Shown: positions 28,074 to 38,136 of the stretch, piece by piece
Numbering within the stretch: position 1 is the first letter of the stretch
Layout of the letters: every line of letters begins with the position of its first letter
DNA from: a virus
DNA length: 64,000 nt
Direction: 5' to 3' (one strand)
IMG/VR virus record: IMGVR_UViG_2029527005_000013
Position numbers and translations under genes: made by a program
Notes under the pieces: model-generated
What the model was told of the DNA's origin: nothing
Database searches by the model: none
The model's input: the letters and a program-made list of their open reading frames with translations, nothing else

Positions 28074-29729
28074 TTACCCCGTGATGGTTACCCAGACACC
28101 ATTGACTTTCTTCTGGATTGGTTTATAGTACAGGCCGCTGATGTTGTCGGCAGAGTTGGAACCTACGTCGTCAACAATCATACCTGTCAACGCACAACCC
28201 TGCGGGGCTTGGAATCTCCAAGAGATCTCGTTGCCTGCCGGAATATAAGACCCCAACGCACCGAGACGGTTGTCCTGAACAACCTCTTCAACCGCTTCAG
28301 GAATGATGGTCACTGCACGGGTGCTTGAAACACCAGAGAGTGTACCACGAACCGTGATGGTTGCCGAACCCGGAGAAACACCAGTAACGTACCCTGCGTC
28401 GTTCACCGTCGCAACACCGGAGTTGTTGGAGAGGAACTGAAGAGGTTCGTTAGCGCTGCCAGGGTTTTTCGTAATGACCAGCATCTTCGAGTCAGTTACC
28501 TGAATCTGACCAGGGTCTCCGATGGAGATGCTTGTCAGGACAGAGTAGCTAACCACCCGGATCTGTACGTTCATGCCCGTCGAGATAGAGGCGATGATGT
28601 TCGTCGATCCCGGTCCAACAAGGCGGATGTTGCCGGAACCGTCTACGGTTGCCACAGCGGGGTTCTGAGAGGCCCAAGAGATTGGGTACTGCCCAGCAAT
28701 GCTTGTAGGCAAGACGTTGGCAGTGGCCTTCACAGTGTACCCTACACGGTTGGTAATGCTGTCCGGTGAGACAACGATGCCAGTTGGAGAGTTACCACCT
28801 GAAGACTGAGCCTGGTCGGTCTTGATGATGTACATTACCGCGATGTTCTTTGGACGGTTTTCCGCAGCAGTCGGAACAACACGAGATGCGTCGAAACGAA
28901 TCTGGCGAGTCTCGCCACCTTTGGACCCGGTATCACCGGAACCTGCCACACCTGCGTCGTAGAAAGCGCCTTCGTTGAAGCGACCAATGATCCAAGTTTC
29001 ACCGTGGTCCGCTGCAAAGCGACCCGTGATGTTTCGGATGGCGTCGCCCTGTGCAGATCCGAGTGCTCGGTTAGCGTCGGGGTCAACCGCGCCGGAGCCG
29101 TGTGCCCAACCACGCAGGAACTGTCCACGATAGTCAGGGACCACGTTACGTCCGAGGACGCTGTACAGTTTAGGGTTCTGTCCAGTATTGAAGACCTGAC
29201 CGTTACATTCCAGCCATCCATTAGGAGGCGTCTGCCCAGGCCAAGGGATGATTGCACCAATCGGAACCAGTCGTGGTTCGAGGTCGTCGATACGCCCGTT
29301 AACCTGTGCAATGGCAGCATCAAAGTCCTGACGCAGCTTAGTCAGGTCGTTTCGGACACCTTGGATCTCTTGCTTCAATGCTTGAACTTGCTGATCAACA
29401 TAACGACGAAGATCCGCAACGTCCTGCTTCAGCGTGGCGATGTCTTGCTTGATAATCACCAACTGGGCATTGATACGGGCTTCCAGTTCTGCCAGCAGTC
29501 GGGCGATTTCAGCTTCCAGTTCTGGGAACTTCTCATTCACAATCCAGTTGATCCAACCAGAAGATTGGTTCAGGATGTAGTTGAACTCTTCAGCCGCAGG
29601 TTTCTGACCTTTATCATAGCCCTTGGCAAGCAAGTCGTCAATAGGCTTTGATTTGTTCGGGCGACCAGTGCCCGGAAGGTTGACATCCTGAGCAGCCCAA
29701 ACTACAATCGGGTTAGTTGGCTTTGCCAT
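28074..29729 (-). CDS. tail fibre protein with coiled coil, collar domain and two Ig-like (Big_2) domains
   Basis: PIGAIIPWPG...GWLECNGQ...VPDYRGQFLRGW collar; WASQNPAVATVDGSG and SNNSGVATVNDAG Ig repeats; GGAG RBS before ATG 29729. Confidence 0.9.
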   Translation of the reverse strand: MAKPTNPIVVWAAQDVNLPGTGRPNKSKPIDDLLAKGYDKGQKPAAEEFNYILNQSSGWINWIVNEKFPELEAEIARLLAELEARINAQLVIIKQDIATLKQDVADLRRYVDQQVQALKQEIQGVRNDLTKLRQDFDAAIAQVNGRIDDLEPRLVPIGAIIPWPGQTPPNGWLECNGQVFNTGQNPKLYSVLGRNVVPDYRGQFLRGWAHGSGAVDPDANRALGSAQGDAIRNITGRFAADHGETWIIGRFNEGAFYDAGVAGSGDTGSKGGETRQIRFDASRVVPTAAENRPKNIAVMYIIKTDQAQSSGGNSPTGIVVSPDSITNRVGYTVKATANVLPTSIAGQYPISWASQNPAVATVDGSGNIRLVGPGSTNIIASISTGMNVQIRVVSYSVLTSISIGDPGQIQVTDSKMLVITKNPGSANEPLQFLSNNSGVATVNDAGYVTGVSPGSATITVRGTLSGVSSTRAVTIIPEAVEEVVQDNRLGALGSYIPAGNEISWRFQAPQGCALTGMIVDDVGSNSADNISGLYYKPIQKKVNGVWVTITG

Positions 29730-29739
29730 TAAAATCTCC

Positions 29740-30384
29740 TCAGTTGAACGACCAATCTTCTTCGTCGTCCGATACATAAATTAGGGTAGACATACCACCC
29801 GCCCCGGTACGGTTGTCGTCGTATACCGATGCGAATCCAAATGCCTGTGCGTCGCCCTGCATACCGAACGGATACCCTTGGTTCTCTACCACACGCAGGT
29901 GGGTGACCAGAGGGAGCATGTCGAGGATTTGGGGAAGGATGTCGGTGACTTCCATACAGGTGTTGAAGATGTTGATGTCGAGACGGTAGTTGTAACCTTT
30001 GTAGGTTGTAACCCCATCATCACCGAAGAGTTGCTTCAGTGTCGAGATGATGTCGGCGCGGGTCCCGCTCTTGGAGTTGTTCCCGGTCAAAATCATGATT
30101 ACTGCACGGTACTCTGGGTCATTCAAGCCATTACGGAAAATGCCCAACTGCCTGCCGATCTCGTCGAGGTTGAAGTCTTCTGCGTTCAACGTGGTTCGCA
30201 GTTCCGCAAGTTCAACCATCTTTTTGTCGATAAATTCGAGGCGCTCCAGCAAGATGCGGAGCACAGTCTGGAAATTCTCTTTCCCGTCGAAGATACCGGA
30301 AGGGAGGTAATCAACCCCTCCCTTGACGAAATCCGGCAGAGGGTGGATGTGGTTAACATCCTTCAGTACAACTTCCTCTGCCAT
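29740..30384 (-). CDS. baseplate wedge protein
   Basis: LDEIGRQLGIFRNGLNDPEYR motif; position after baseplate J. Confidence 0.8.
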   Translation of the reverse strand: MAEEVVLKDVNHIHPLPDFVKGGVDYLPSGIFDGKENFQTVLRILLERLEFIDKKMVELAELRTTLNAEDFNLDEIGRQLGIFRNGLNDPEYRAVIMILTGNNSKSGTRADIISTLKQLFGDDGVTTYKGYNYRLDINIFNTCMEVTDILPQILDMLPLVTHLRVVENQGYPFGMQGDAQAFGFASVYDDNRTGAGGMSTLIYVSDDEEDWSFN

Positions 30385-30393
30385 GATGTCTCC

Positions 30394-31878
30394 TTATACG
30401 ATCTGGCTGAACGTTACGTCTTCAGGTTCGAGGGTAAACACCTCGGTGGTCCCGGCGGTAACGTCTGTGGTAACGTAGGCCGAATCCGGCTCACCCTTGT
30501 TCTTGATGTCCACAAACACTTGCGTGAAGCGAGATGGTGTGGTAGAACTCATGACAGTACCCACCAACTGGACGTTATACAGCGTCCCGGCGATGATCGC
30601 GCCGTTGACAGAGGTAGCCAGGCCATTCGCAATGCTGGATTCTTCGGTCACAGAGAGTGGTCGCCCACGGTAACGAACTCGAATAGCCAACTGCCGGGCA
30701 GCGGCCTTCGTGTGCCAGATACGTTCGATCTGGTCATCTTCCGTGGTGATGTCGTGGAAGGTGGTGCCGTAGGTGTTGTTCGAGGCCGCGATGTAGTCGT
30801 ACAGCGTCTGACTAATCTCAGCGGTGCCTCCACCATAGCAGACAACCATGAAGCGGTAAGGCGGGATTCCAAGACTGTTGGTCTTGTCGGTGTTGTTGTT
30901 GAAGATACGGACCTTCTCGATCCCTTCCACCTTGTTCAGCAGTGCGGACAGGATAGCTGGGCGAGTGGCGCGGCCCTCGTTGATGGAGGTGGAGGCGCGG
31001 ATGCGGTATTCGTTATCAGACTCTACGTCAGAGCCATCCGTGAATGCCACAAGGTTCGTAATGTCAACAAATCCGCCCGGCACCGGGTTGATTGCCCGGA
31101 CACTGAATGCGTCACGAGAAATGTAACCGGGGTTGATTGAACGCACATCCATAGAGATTGTACGTTCGCCAGCGGTTGGGTTGGTACGGAAGTCAACACG
31201 ACTTGACAAGCCAATCAATTCTTTGTTAGTATCATAGCCAATGTAGATCGCACCCTCTGTGGAGTCGATCAGGATCTTGTCTTGGTTGGACAGGATCGTG
31301 TTGTCTACGATAAAACTTTTCATTGCTGCGAAGAACTGCAACAGTGGTTGCCCAGATGTTGCCGTCAGGTTATGGGAATAAGTTTTTACTGACTGGTCAT
31401 TCGTATTCTGAATTTGCAGACGGTAAGTTCCAACGGTGAGGTCGGTGCCCTTGATTACCTGAGCAATAATATTACCAGCTACCTGAACATCGGCTGACAG
31501 TTGATAATCTGTGTCGATGGTGTAGGTTCCAGCAGAATAAAGCATGTTGTACGGGACAGAGGCGTCGATCGTCATTGCCACTGTGCCAGTGCTGCGGGTC
31601 TTGCCCAAGCGGTAGATACCACGCTTACCGAGCAAGTCATCCAGGTAGATGCCCTCTGCACCCTGCATGGTCTGGGCGTAGTACACAGAACCCATCAAAA
31701 GCCAGAGTTGATACTCTCGCTCGTTGAAAACTTGAATCAACTTGTCAGCTACGGAGTTGCTCTCGGTGTTGAAATCGTCACCAAAGGCGGACTTGAAAGT
31801 CTTCTTCGTCTCCTGAACAAGGTCATCCATCGGCGGGAGGTTAAATCCACTGCCTGTCAACCCGTAATTGGACGCCAT
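30394..31878 (-). CDS. baseplate J-like wedge protein
   Basis: AEGIYLDDLLGKRGIYRL, GSDVESDNEYRIR and GIEKVRIFNNNT motifs. Confidence 0.9.
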   Translation of the reverse strand: MASNYGLTGSGFNLPPMDDLVQETKKTFKSAFGDDFNTESNSVADKLIQVFNEREYQLWLLMGSVYYAQTMQGAEGIYLDDLLGKRGIYRLGKTRSTGTVAMTIDASVPYNMLYSAGTYTIDTDYQLSADVQVAGNIIAQVIKGTDLTVGTYRLQIQNTNDQSVKTYSHNLTATSGQPLLQFFAAMKSFIVDNTILSNQDKILIDSTEGAIYIGYDTNKELIGLSSRVDFRTNPTAGERTISMDVRSINPGYISRDAFSVRAINPVPGGFVDITNLVAFTDGSDVESDNEYRIRASTSINEGRATRPAILSALLNKVEGIEKVRIFNNNTDKTNSLGIPPYRFMVVCYGGGTAEISQTLYDYIAASNNTYGTTFHDITTEDDQIERIWHTKAAARQLAIRVRYRGRPLSVTEESSIANGLATSVNGAIIAGTLYNVQLVGTVMSSTTPSRFTQVFVDIKNKGEPDSAYVTTDVTAGTTEVFTLEPEDVTFSQIV

Positions 31879-31912
31879 TACTCCTCCTGCTCTTAAATTA
31901 GGCGATAAGCGT

Positions 31913-31923
31913 ATTTTATCACA
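31913..31923 (-). promoter_or_regulatory. extended -10 late-type promoter TGTGATAAAAT
   Basis: Directly downstream of a terminator; no -35 box. Confidence 0.65.
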
Positions 31924-31937
31924 ATACGATTGAAATT

Positions 31938-31965
31938 AAAAGAAAAGGGACCCCGAAGGGTCCCT
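31938..31965 (-). terminator. rho-independent terminator
   Basis: AGGGACCC-TTCG-GGGTCCCT followed by a T-tract. Confidence 0.85.
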
Positions 31966-31968
31966 GTT

Positions 31969-32502
31969 TCATTTCCATGTATTAACCCATGTGCTGTCGC
32001 CATATTTCGGCAACTGGAAGTTAATAAGGTAGTACAACTTGTTCTTGAAGGTGATGATTGCGCCTTCGTCACCACAGAGCGATACGTTACTCTCCGGCGG
32101 GGTTGGGTATTGGAACTGGTCAGCCCCAATGAACGCCAGGTTGATCTCCTCACCTTCCGCAGTGACCACCGTGAAGTAGCACTCATACGTTCGAGAGTTC
32201 ACGTTCATGGATGACTGGAAGTCAGTGATCTCTAGTACGTCCGGCTCCTGCCTAACCTCTGACTTGATCCTTCCGTCGAGAACTGCCTTGACAGTCTTCT
32301 TGGCAATGAATGTCCGGTACGGGAACCCGAAGGCTTCGTCGAAGTACCAGTCCCCCGCCCAAACGCCGAAACGCATATACAGGCGCTGACGCAAGGACAT
32401 CTGGTTGGAAGTGACAATCACCATCTCTTTCTTGTCGGGAGTGCCGAAGGAAAGATCCCCGGTCTGGGGATCGAGGAGAAAGTCTTTATACTGCGTAGCC
32501 AT
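31969..32502 (-). CDS. baseplate protein (gp25-like sheath initiator/wedge)
   Basis: DFLLDPQTGDL...LRQRLYMRF..W.GDWYFD...GFPY pattern. Confidence 0.75.
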   Translation of the reverse strand: MATQYKDFLLDPQTGDLSFGTPDKKEMVIVTSNQMSLRQRLYMRFGVWAGDWYFDEAFGFPYRTFIAKKTVKAVLDGRIKSEVRQEPDVLEITDFQSSMNVNSRTYECYFTVVTAEGEEINLAFIGADQFQYPTPPESNVSLCGDEGAIITFKNKLYYLINFQLPKYGDSTWVNTWK

Positions 32503-32511
32503 ATTGACTCC

Positions 32512-33204
32512 TTATTGCGGGCCGTTGGTGTTAGAACCACCGCGCTCAACACCGCCGTGGACGTGGGACTTGTACTCTTGGTAGAAGTCATCCAGGTCGA
32601 TACCGTTTTTGGTAATAACCCGCCCGGCGGGCGTGATCCTTGCCCCGTTTACCGTAACCATCCCGGAGGGGTCCATCGCAAAAGAACCCGGCCCGTTGTT
32701 CACCTTGACATTACCATCGGCAAGTGCTTCAATAGCCACCTTCGAGTTCTTCAAGGAGGTGTCGCCGTTTGGTTTCAGAGTCACGATAGATTTATCGTTC
32801 TCCAGAACCACATTGTCCGGGTCAATGGCCTTGGAGTTCCCGCTAGTGAAGATCTGGGTCACCGCCCACCCGGCGAATAGCTGGTGGGTGTTGACATCGT
32901 TGTTGTCGTCTTCGTTACGTTCGGAGAATGCCAATCCGACATAATCTCCGACCTTGATCGGCATTGTCAGGCGGGCTTTTCCGTTCGCGCCGGACGGCAG
33001 GTGAACGGGAACATCGTAGATGATTGGGTATTTGTCGATAACCCCGGTGTTGAACTCTGTGAAAGCCATTGGCTGCACGTCAACGGTGGGACCTTTGTAG
33101 TTTACCGACACAACCTTTCCACGGATGTTCGTGTGGACGTTGTTTCGCATGAAGCGAGACACATAGATGCCGAGGGCGGCATCATAGCGATCTGTATATG
33201 CCAA
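32512..33204 (-). CDS. baseplate central spike (gp138/gpV-like)
   Basis: VDVQP...VPVHLP...PIKVGD OB-like domain; C-terminal HVHGGV iron-binding tip; TTG start. Confidence 0.85.
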   Translation of the reverse strand: MAYTDRYDAALGIYVSRFMRNNVHTNIRGKVVSVNYKGPTVDVQPMAFTEFNTGVIDKYPIIYDVPVHLPSGANGKARLTMPIKVGDYVGLAFSERNEDDNNDVNTHQLFAGWAVTQIFTSGNSKAIDPDNVVLENDKSIVTLKPNGDTSLKNSKVAIEALADGNVKVNNGPGSFAMDPSGMVTVNGARITPAGRVITKNGIDLDDFYQEYKSHVHGGVERGGSNTNGPQ

Positions 33205-33213
33205 AATTACTCC

Positions 33214-34191
33214 TTACCGGATCAGTTCACCACGAGTTTCTACGAGACCCATCTCCGTGGTCCAGTCGCCAGTTTCAAATCCGCCCTTGTGGGTCAGTTC
33301 GGCAACCTTGTAGAATCCCTTGTGATACCGGGTGTTCAGGTAAATAGTGGATTCCGGGAGGATAGCGCCGTTCAGGAGGGTGGTTACAGACAGGCCCACG
33401 TCCTCCTTAATGTCGTACTCCTTCGGTTTCTTAGGAGTGGACACCTTCTTGCCTGCGGCTTCCTTTGCAGCTTTCTGCAACGCTTTCTTTGCGGAGGCGG
33501 GCTGCTTCGGGGTCGGGGTCCCAACCATTCCAGTTTCCTCAGAAATCTCGAACATCACGGTGTTGAAACGTGAACCTTCCCTCGTCCAGTAAACAGCGCC
33601 GTCTTGCACAGAGAACGTCGATCCGGTATTCTTAGCCAGATTAGCCAAGTTCTGGGATGCGTTCCCGGTGAACGCCATCGCGTGTTGGGATGTCTGGGCA
33701 CCAAAGTCTACGACACGGCCCTTTGGAAGTTTGAGGTCCGTAATCAGGTCATTCATGATGTTGTTCAGAGGTGTCCCTTTACGGTATGACCGGGCAGTAG
33801 TCGCCGTGGTCAGGTTCAGAGTCCCGTCTCCAAAAATGAACTTGGTCTGACGGGTTTCTTCTGGGAATGTGTCCTCTACAAACTCCACGGTGCCGGAGAA
33901 GATCAACTTCTCGTCACCATTGTACCCGGCGTGGAGCATAACTGCAAGGGATTCACGCTGGTTGGCGTCGAGGTAGTTGACAACCTCATCGGAGAGGTTA
34001 TACACTGTGACGTAACCTTTGTTCGGTTCCTTTGAGTTATCCTTCTTCACTGTGAACTCCATGTGAAGATCCTTGATCACATACGCATCACCTTTGTTGG
34101 TGTTGGCATGTTTCTCAATGTTCACAGGTTTCTCACCAAGGTATACCGGGCGTCCGATAACCAAGGTGTAAGTCCTCTCCATTGCAACCAT
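33214..34191 (-). CDS. baseplate hub protein
   Basis: LHAGYNGD...IFSG, FSVQDG, ISEETGMVGTP and LLNGAILP motifs. Confidence 0.85.
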   Translation of the reverse strand: MVAMERTYTLVIGRPVYLGEKPVNIEKHANTNKGDAYVIKDLHMEFTVKKDNSKEPNKGYVTVYNLSDEVVNYLDANQRESLAVMLHAGYNGDEKLIFSGTVEFVEDTFPEETRQTKFIFGDGTLNLTTATTARSYRKGTPLNNIMNDLITDLKLPKGRVVDFGAQTSQHAMAFTGNASQNLANLAKNTGSTFSVQDGAVYWTREGSRFNTVMFEISEETGMVGTPTPKQPASAKKALQKAAKEAAGKKVSTPKKPKEYDIKEDVGLSVTTLLNGAILPESTIYLNTRYHKGFYKVAELTHKGGFETGDWTTEMGLVETRGELIR

Positions 34192-34556
34192 TATTCGTCT
34201 CCAATCACATCTTCCATCCGGGAAGCATACGCCATCTGAATCCCCTTCAGAGGGCCAATGTCAAAACGTCCCGCACGGTGACGGACATCACGCAGAGGGA
34301 AGAGAACCAAGTTCCCATCCGGTACGTTGTCCAGGTAGCGATACGGGGCCAGCAGGTCTGAGTAGCAGGTCAGCTTGGTGCTGATCGTCGGGTCGGCACC
34401 CACATCCCCCAAGGAGAAGAACCACGATTCGTCACGCTCGTTCCACATGAAGCGCAGTTCATACGTCACAGAGTCCAGAACCACACGGAACGTCTCGTCA
34501 GGGTAGCCACTCAGTTCGAAGTCGAAGGTACGAACAAATTCAGTAGTCTCAGCCAT
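34191..34556 (-). CDS. baseplate-associated protein
   Basis: FRVVLDSVTYELRFMWNERDESWF motif; synteny. Confidence 0.75.
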   Translation of the reverse strand: MAETTEFVRTFDFELSGYPDETFRVVLDSVTYELRFMWNERDESWFFSLGDVGADPTISTKLTCYSDLLAPYRYLDNVPDGNLVLFPLRDVRHRAGRFDIGPLKGIQMAYASRMEDVIGDE

Positions 34557-34558
34557 GA

Positions 34559-35410
34559 TTACGGTCTCTTCAGGTTAGCCGGGTCAAATTCCAGCTTCTT
34601 GCCAGCTTCGCCGGAGAAGTCAGTGGTTCCTGCAACGGAGTTCTCCCAGCGCTCTTTGGTGCTGGCATTCTTTCCGATGTACGGAGTCTGACGCTTCTGC
34701 TTGGCGTTGTCGTCGGCAGCGCCGCCTTCAGCCGTCTGCTTGTTGCCGGAGTTGGCGTTCTTCGCCTTCTTCGGGTCAGAAGTCTTAGCCAGTACGGTAC
34801 GGCCCAAGGTCTTGAAGCGGAACTCTTCCAGTGACAATTGTACAGCAATTGATGACCCGGTGGAAGACTCACGATCGACAGTGAAGTTGGTGATCACGTA
34901 GTTCGTCAGGATGTTGTCTTCGGTGACGAGGGTGATAAGCTGGTGAGAGTCGGCAACACGTTCGAGGATCTCGATCGCTTTCGATGGACGCCGGGCCAGC
35001 ATTGGGTTATCCTTGTCGGTATCCCGGTCAATCATGTTGCGCTGGTCGATGAAGTACGGGGAGTCGGTCACGACTGCGGAGAAGCTGAACTTACCGTCTT
35101 GGGTCACCACGTGGTCAGAGGCTTTTGCTTTCGATTCGACAGCATAGCTTGACTTGGTGTAGTCCTTTGTGTAAGTATGCTTGGTAACGGAGTCGAACAG
35201 GATAGCCAGATCATCGGTCTGGTTCTTACTTTCGAACTCGTTAAGGCGTCCCCGGCGCAGGCCGGATACGAACATAGTGTACTGAATGTCTTCTCGCTTC
35301 TTGGCGTTTTCGACAATCTTACGAGCCTCTGCATCAGCCTGATAGAACTCCGCAATGTTTTTGTCAATACGGGCCTGTTGCTCAGGGGAAAAACTAGTGT
35401 TATTAGCCAT
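34559..35410 (-). CDS. tail tube initiator/baseplate organisation protein
   Basis: FDSV...H......SYAVES...SDHV motif; follows the tape measure gene. Confidence 0.75.
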   Translation of the reverse strand: MANNTSFSPEQQARIDKNIAEFYQADAEARKIVENAKKREDIQYTMFVSGLRRGRLNEFESKNQTDDLAILFDSVTKHTYTKDYTKSSYAVESKAKASDHVVTQDGKFSFSAVVTDSPYFIDQRNMIDRDTDKDNPMLARRPSKAIEILERVADSHQLITLVTEDNILTNYVITNFTVDRESSTGSSIAVQLSLEEFRFKTLGRTVLAKTSDPKKAKNANSGNKQTAEGGAADDNAKQKRQTPYIGKNASTKERWENSVAGTTDFSGEAGKKLEFDPANLKRP

Positions 35411-35426
35411 ATGTCCTCCTTGGGAT

Positions 35427-35436
35427 ATTTTAGCAC
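35427..35436 (-). promoter_or_regulatory. extended -10 late-type promoter GTGCTAAAAT
   Basis: Directly downstream of a terminator. Confidence 0.6.
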
Positions 35437-35448
35437 GAATACAGGCAA

Positions 35449-35470
35449 TAAAAAAGGGGCCGAAGCCCCT
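35449..35470 (-). terminator. rho-independent terminator
   Basis: AGGGGC-TTCG-GCCCCT followed by a T-tract. Confidence 0.85.
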
Positions 35471-35473
35471 CGA

Positions 35474-37909
35474 TTAGTTACCGCCCTGAGTCAGCAAGTT
35501 GAAGTTGAACCCTTCGTTCTCGTCAACAACTGCCTTGACGATATTGCGGAGTTCACCTGCATCAATCTTGATGGTCATCTCACCCTTGATCGGCTGCTGT
35601 GCTGCCGGGAATGGAATGCCCGCCGGAGGTACGATACCTGCGCCCGGACCCTGAGTGCCGATTGTTGGTGCGTCCAGATTACGTGGGGAGTTAAACCACT
35701 CATCGAACACGTCCAGCAGACCCACAGGTTTAGGCATCATCCCGTACTTCTCTTGGGATTGCTGGAGGATTTCTGGGGTAAGGCCCGCATCCGCCAGTCG
35801 GTCATCGCCACGTTTCACGAACTGGTCGTTAAACATGGAGCCTGCGGCATAGACCTCGCCGAGGATGCCGATCTTAGCCAACTTGCCGAGACCTTTCCAA
35901 CGTTCCAAGAAGGATGCTGGCTTAGGAGGTCCCATTGGTCCACCCGGGCTTCCTGCTGGCCCGCCCATCGCTGTTGGACCGCCTGCTGCGGCAGCGCCGC
36001 CCATTGCGGTACGGATAGCCACAAGTGCGCCACGGAGACCTGCAATCTTGGAGAGGACTGCAAAGATCTTGTTCAGACCACCAACGAACAGGGCCATACC
36101 TGCGACATAACCTGCCCAGCTAAACGCTTCCTTCAGTGTGTCTCCGGTGACACCGAACTTCGCAGCGTAGTACCCGAAGATACGATCCAAGAACACGAGA
36201 TCATCGTGGATCTCTGTAACCATGTCCCAGAATCCTTCCATGATGTTTCCGAGGAAGTCGCCGATGTTGGTTGCCAGTTCACCGTTACTGCCGAGAACTT
36301 TTGCCAGGTCGTTGAAGATACGAGTCAACTGCTCGCCGAACTTACCTTCGAAGATCTTGTTCTGGAAGTCCATCCAGGTCAGACCCAGGCGGTTCAGTGC
36401 CACACGGTTACCTTCGAGGGATTTGTCCAACGCGCCACCCTTACGGGCCGCTTCTGCGTAGTATTTTGCCACGAACGGCATAACCTTGGCGGCTTTCAGT
36501 TCACCCTTCTGCATCATGTCCATCAGCTTCTGCACGTCGATGGTTGAGTCACCGAACGCTTCCTGCGTCGCCTTAACGAACACCTGCAATGATCCCGGGA
36601 TACCTTCAGCAAGCTGTTGCTTCAATTCTTCCGCCATGATCTGGCCTTTACCCATCATCTGCTGAATCGCAGTAATACCACGTTGGTACTTGACAGGATC
36701 TACCTGAAGTGCGGTAGAATACTCGGAGAAGCCTTTGAACAGGTCATCGTTCTGCTGTTTGGTGATAACACCGTCGGCGGCGATTGACATCTGGGTGTAA
36801 CCCTGCGATGCTTCCTTCAGGGACAGGCCGAGACGCATAGACTGGTCTTTAACGAACTGGATTCGTTTACCTGCTTCCTCGGAAGAGTCGGAAACCATCA
36901 GCATCGTTGCATCCAAGCCTTGGAAGAACTGACCTTGCTGCATGATAGAGCGTCCACCTGCGAACACGCCGTATGCGGCCCCGGCAGATACCATCTGGGA
37001 GCGGAGGTTACCCAACGCCGCGCCGAACCCGCCCGCATTAGCCTGTGCGGAACGGAATTGACGTTCCAACGACTGAATGCTTTGACGGTATTGACCAGAT
37101 GACAGCGTACCAGCTTTGAACTGTTTGTTCAAGTCAGCAATGCCGTTACCTGCGGAGTCTTTACCAAGGGCACCTGCGTAGCCACGACCATACTTGGACG
37201 ACAGACGGATACGTTGCTGCGACATAACGTCATCGATACGGGCTGAACGCGCTGCCTCACGGGCCGCATTACGGGCATCAATCTTGGCGTTACGGTCCTT
37301 GATCTTTGATTGGGAACGGATATGGCGAGCCATCTCTGCGTTTTGACGAGAGATCAGTTCTGGGTTGTATGGCTTGTTTGGATCACCTACCATACCTGTG
37401 CCGAACCCACCGCGAGGTGGTAGCTGGACAGAGTTGATACGGTTGATGTTCATCGGGCGGGAAGAGGCGTTCATGCCAGTCGTTGCTTTACGGCCTGCGG
37501 CCTTCGCTGCACGTTCCTGAGCCTGGTAGAACTTACGCATCTCTGCGGTGCCGGGGTTGGCGGAGGTCAATCCTTTCACATGCTGCTTGATTCGAGCGGC
37601 CTGCACCTTGGCAATCGCGGCCTTGGCGCGGGCCTCTTTCTTAGCCAGAGCGATACTGTAGTCAGACGCTCGCTTTTCTTCACGCATACGTGTTTCAGCA
37701 AGACGTTTGTTTACCAGTCGCATCTGGGCTGCGGATTTGTCGTAGGCTTTGGCAGGGTCTTTCTTTGGCTTAGTGATTGCCTCTGAAGACTTCTCCCATT
37801 CCTTTCCCACTTGACGGATCTGCTTGACTGCACGATTATAGGAGTTCTTATCGACCTCGAATGTCGTGCGGTTGACCGTTTTAGTAACGATCTGGTTTCC
37901 TGCTGCCAT
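35474..37909 (-). CDS. tail tape measure protein
   Basis: 811 aa, helical and Ala/Gly-rich; AIQQMMGKGQIMAEELKQQLAE tape-measure motif. Confidence 0.92.
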   Translation of the reverse strand: MAAGNQIVTKTVNRTTFEVDKNSYNRAVKQIRQVGKEWEKSSEAITKPKKDPAKAYDKSAAQMRLVNKRLAETRMREEKRASDYSIALAKKEARAKAAIAKVQAARIKQHVKGLTSANPGTAEMRKFYQAQERAAKAAGRKATTGMNASSRPMNINRINSVQLPPRGGFGTGMVGDPNKPYNPELISRQNAEMARHIRSQSKIKDRNAKIDARNAAREAARSARIDDVMSQQRIRLSSKYGRGYAGALGKDSAGNGIADLNKQFKAGTLSSGQYRQSIQSLERQFRSAQANAGGFGAALGNLRSQMVSAGAAYGVFAGGRSIMQQGQFFQGLDATMLMVSDSSEEAGKRIQFVKDQSMRLGLSLKEASQGYTQMSIAADGVITKQQNDDLFKGFSEYSTALQVDPVKYQRGITAIQQMMGKGQIMAEELKQQLAEGIPGSLQVFVKATQEAFGDSTIDVQKLMDMMQKGELKAAKVMPFVAKYYAEAARKGGALDKSLEGNRVALNRLGLTWMDFQNKIFEGKFGEQLTRIFNDLAKVLGSNGELATNIGDFLGNIMEGFWDMVTEIHDDLVFLDRIFGYYAAKFGVTGDTLKEAFSWAGYVAGMALFVGGLNKIFAVLSKIAGLRGALVAIRTAMGGAAAAGGPTAMGGPAGSPGGPMGPPKPASFLERWKGLGKLAKIGILGEVYAAGSMFNDQFVKRGDDRLADAGLTPEILQQSQEKYGMMPKPVGLLDVFDEWFNSPRNLDAPTIGTQGPGAGIVPPAGIPFPAAQQPIKGEMTIKIDAGELRNIVKAVVDENEGFNFNLLTQGGN

Positions 37910-37939
37910 TGCGCCTCCTCTGGCGTTAGCCGCAGAGGT

Positions 37940-38056
37940 TTACTGCCTCCACGGGTCGAAGCCTTCCGGGTGTGCCGGAATAACCATTGGCCCATGTTTG
38001 CGTTCAGCTTCAACACAGGCAATAAAAATCAATGTCATAAGAATTAATACGGTCAT
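37940..38056 (-). CDS. small 38-aa membrane peptide (MTVLILMTLIFIACVEAERKHGPMVIPAHPEGFDPWRQ)
   Basis: Translated by hand; GAGGAG RBS; upstream TGTGATAAGAT promoter. Confidence 0.65.
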   Translation of the reverse strand: MTVLILMTLIFIACVEAERKHGPMVIPAHPEGFDPWRQ

Positions 38057-38086
38057 GGTTTATCTCCTCTTTGGTAAGTTTTAAAC

Positions 38087-38097
38087 ATCTTATCACA
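38087..38097 (-). promoter_or_regulatory. extended -10 late-type promoter TGTGATAAGAT
   Basis: Downstream of the terminator after the chaperone genes. Confidence 0.6.
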
Positions 38098-38136
38098 CCA
38101 AAAAAGAAAAAGCCAGAGTCTTTCGACCCTGGCCCT

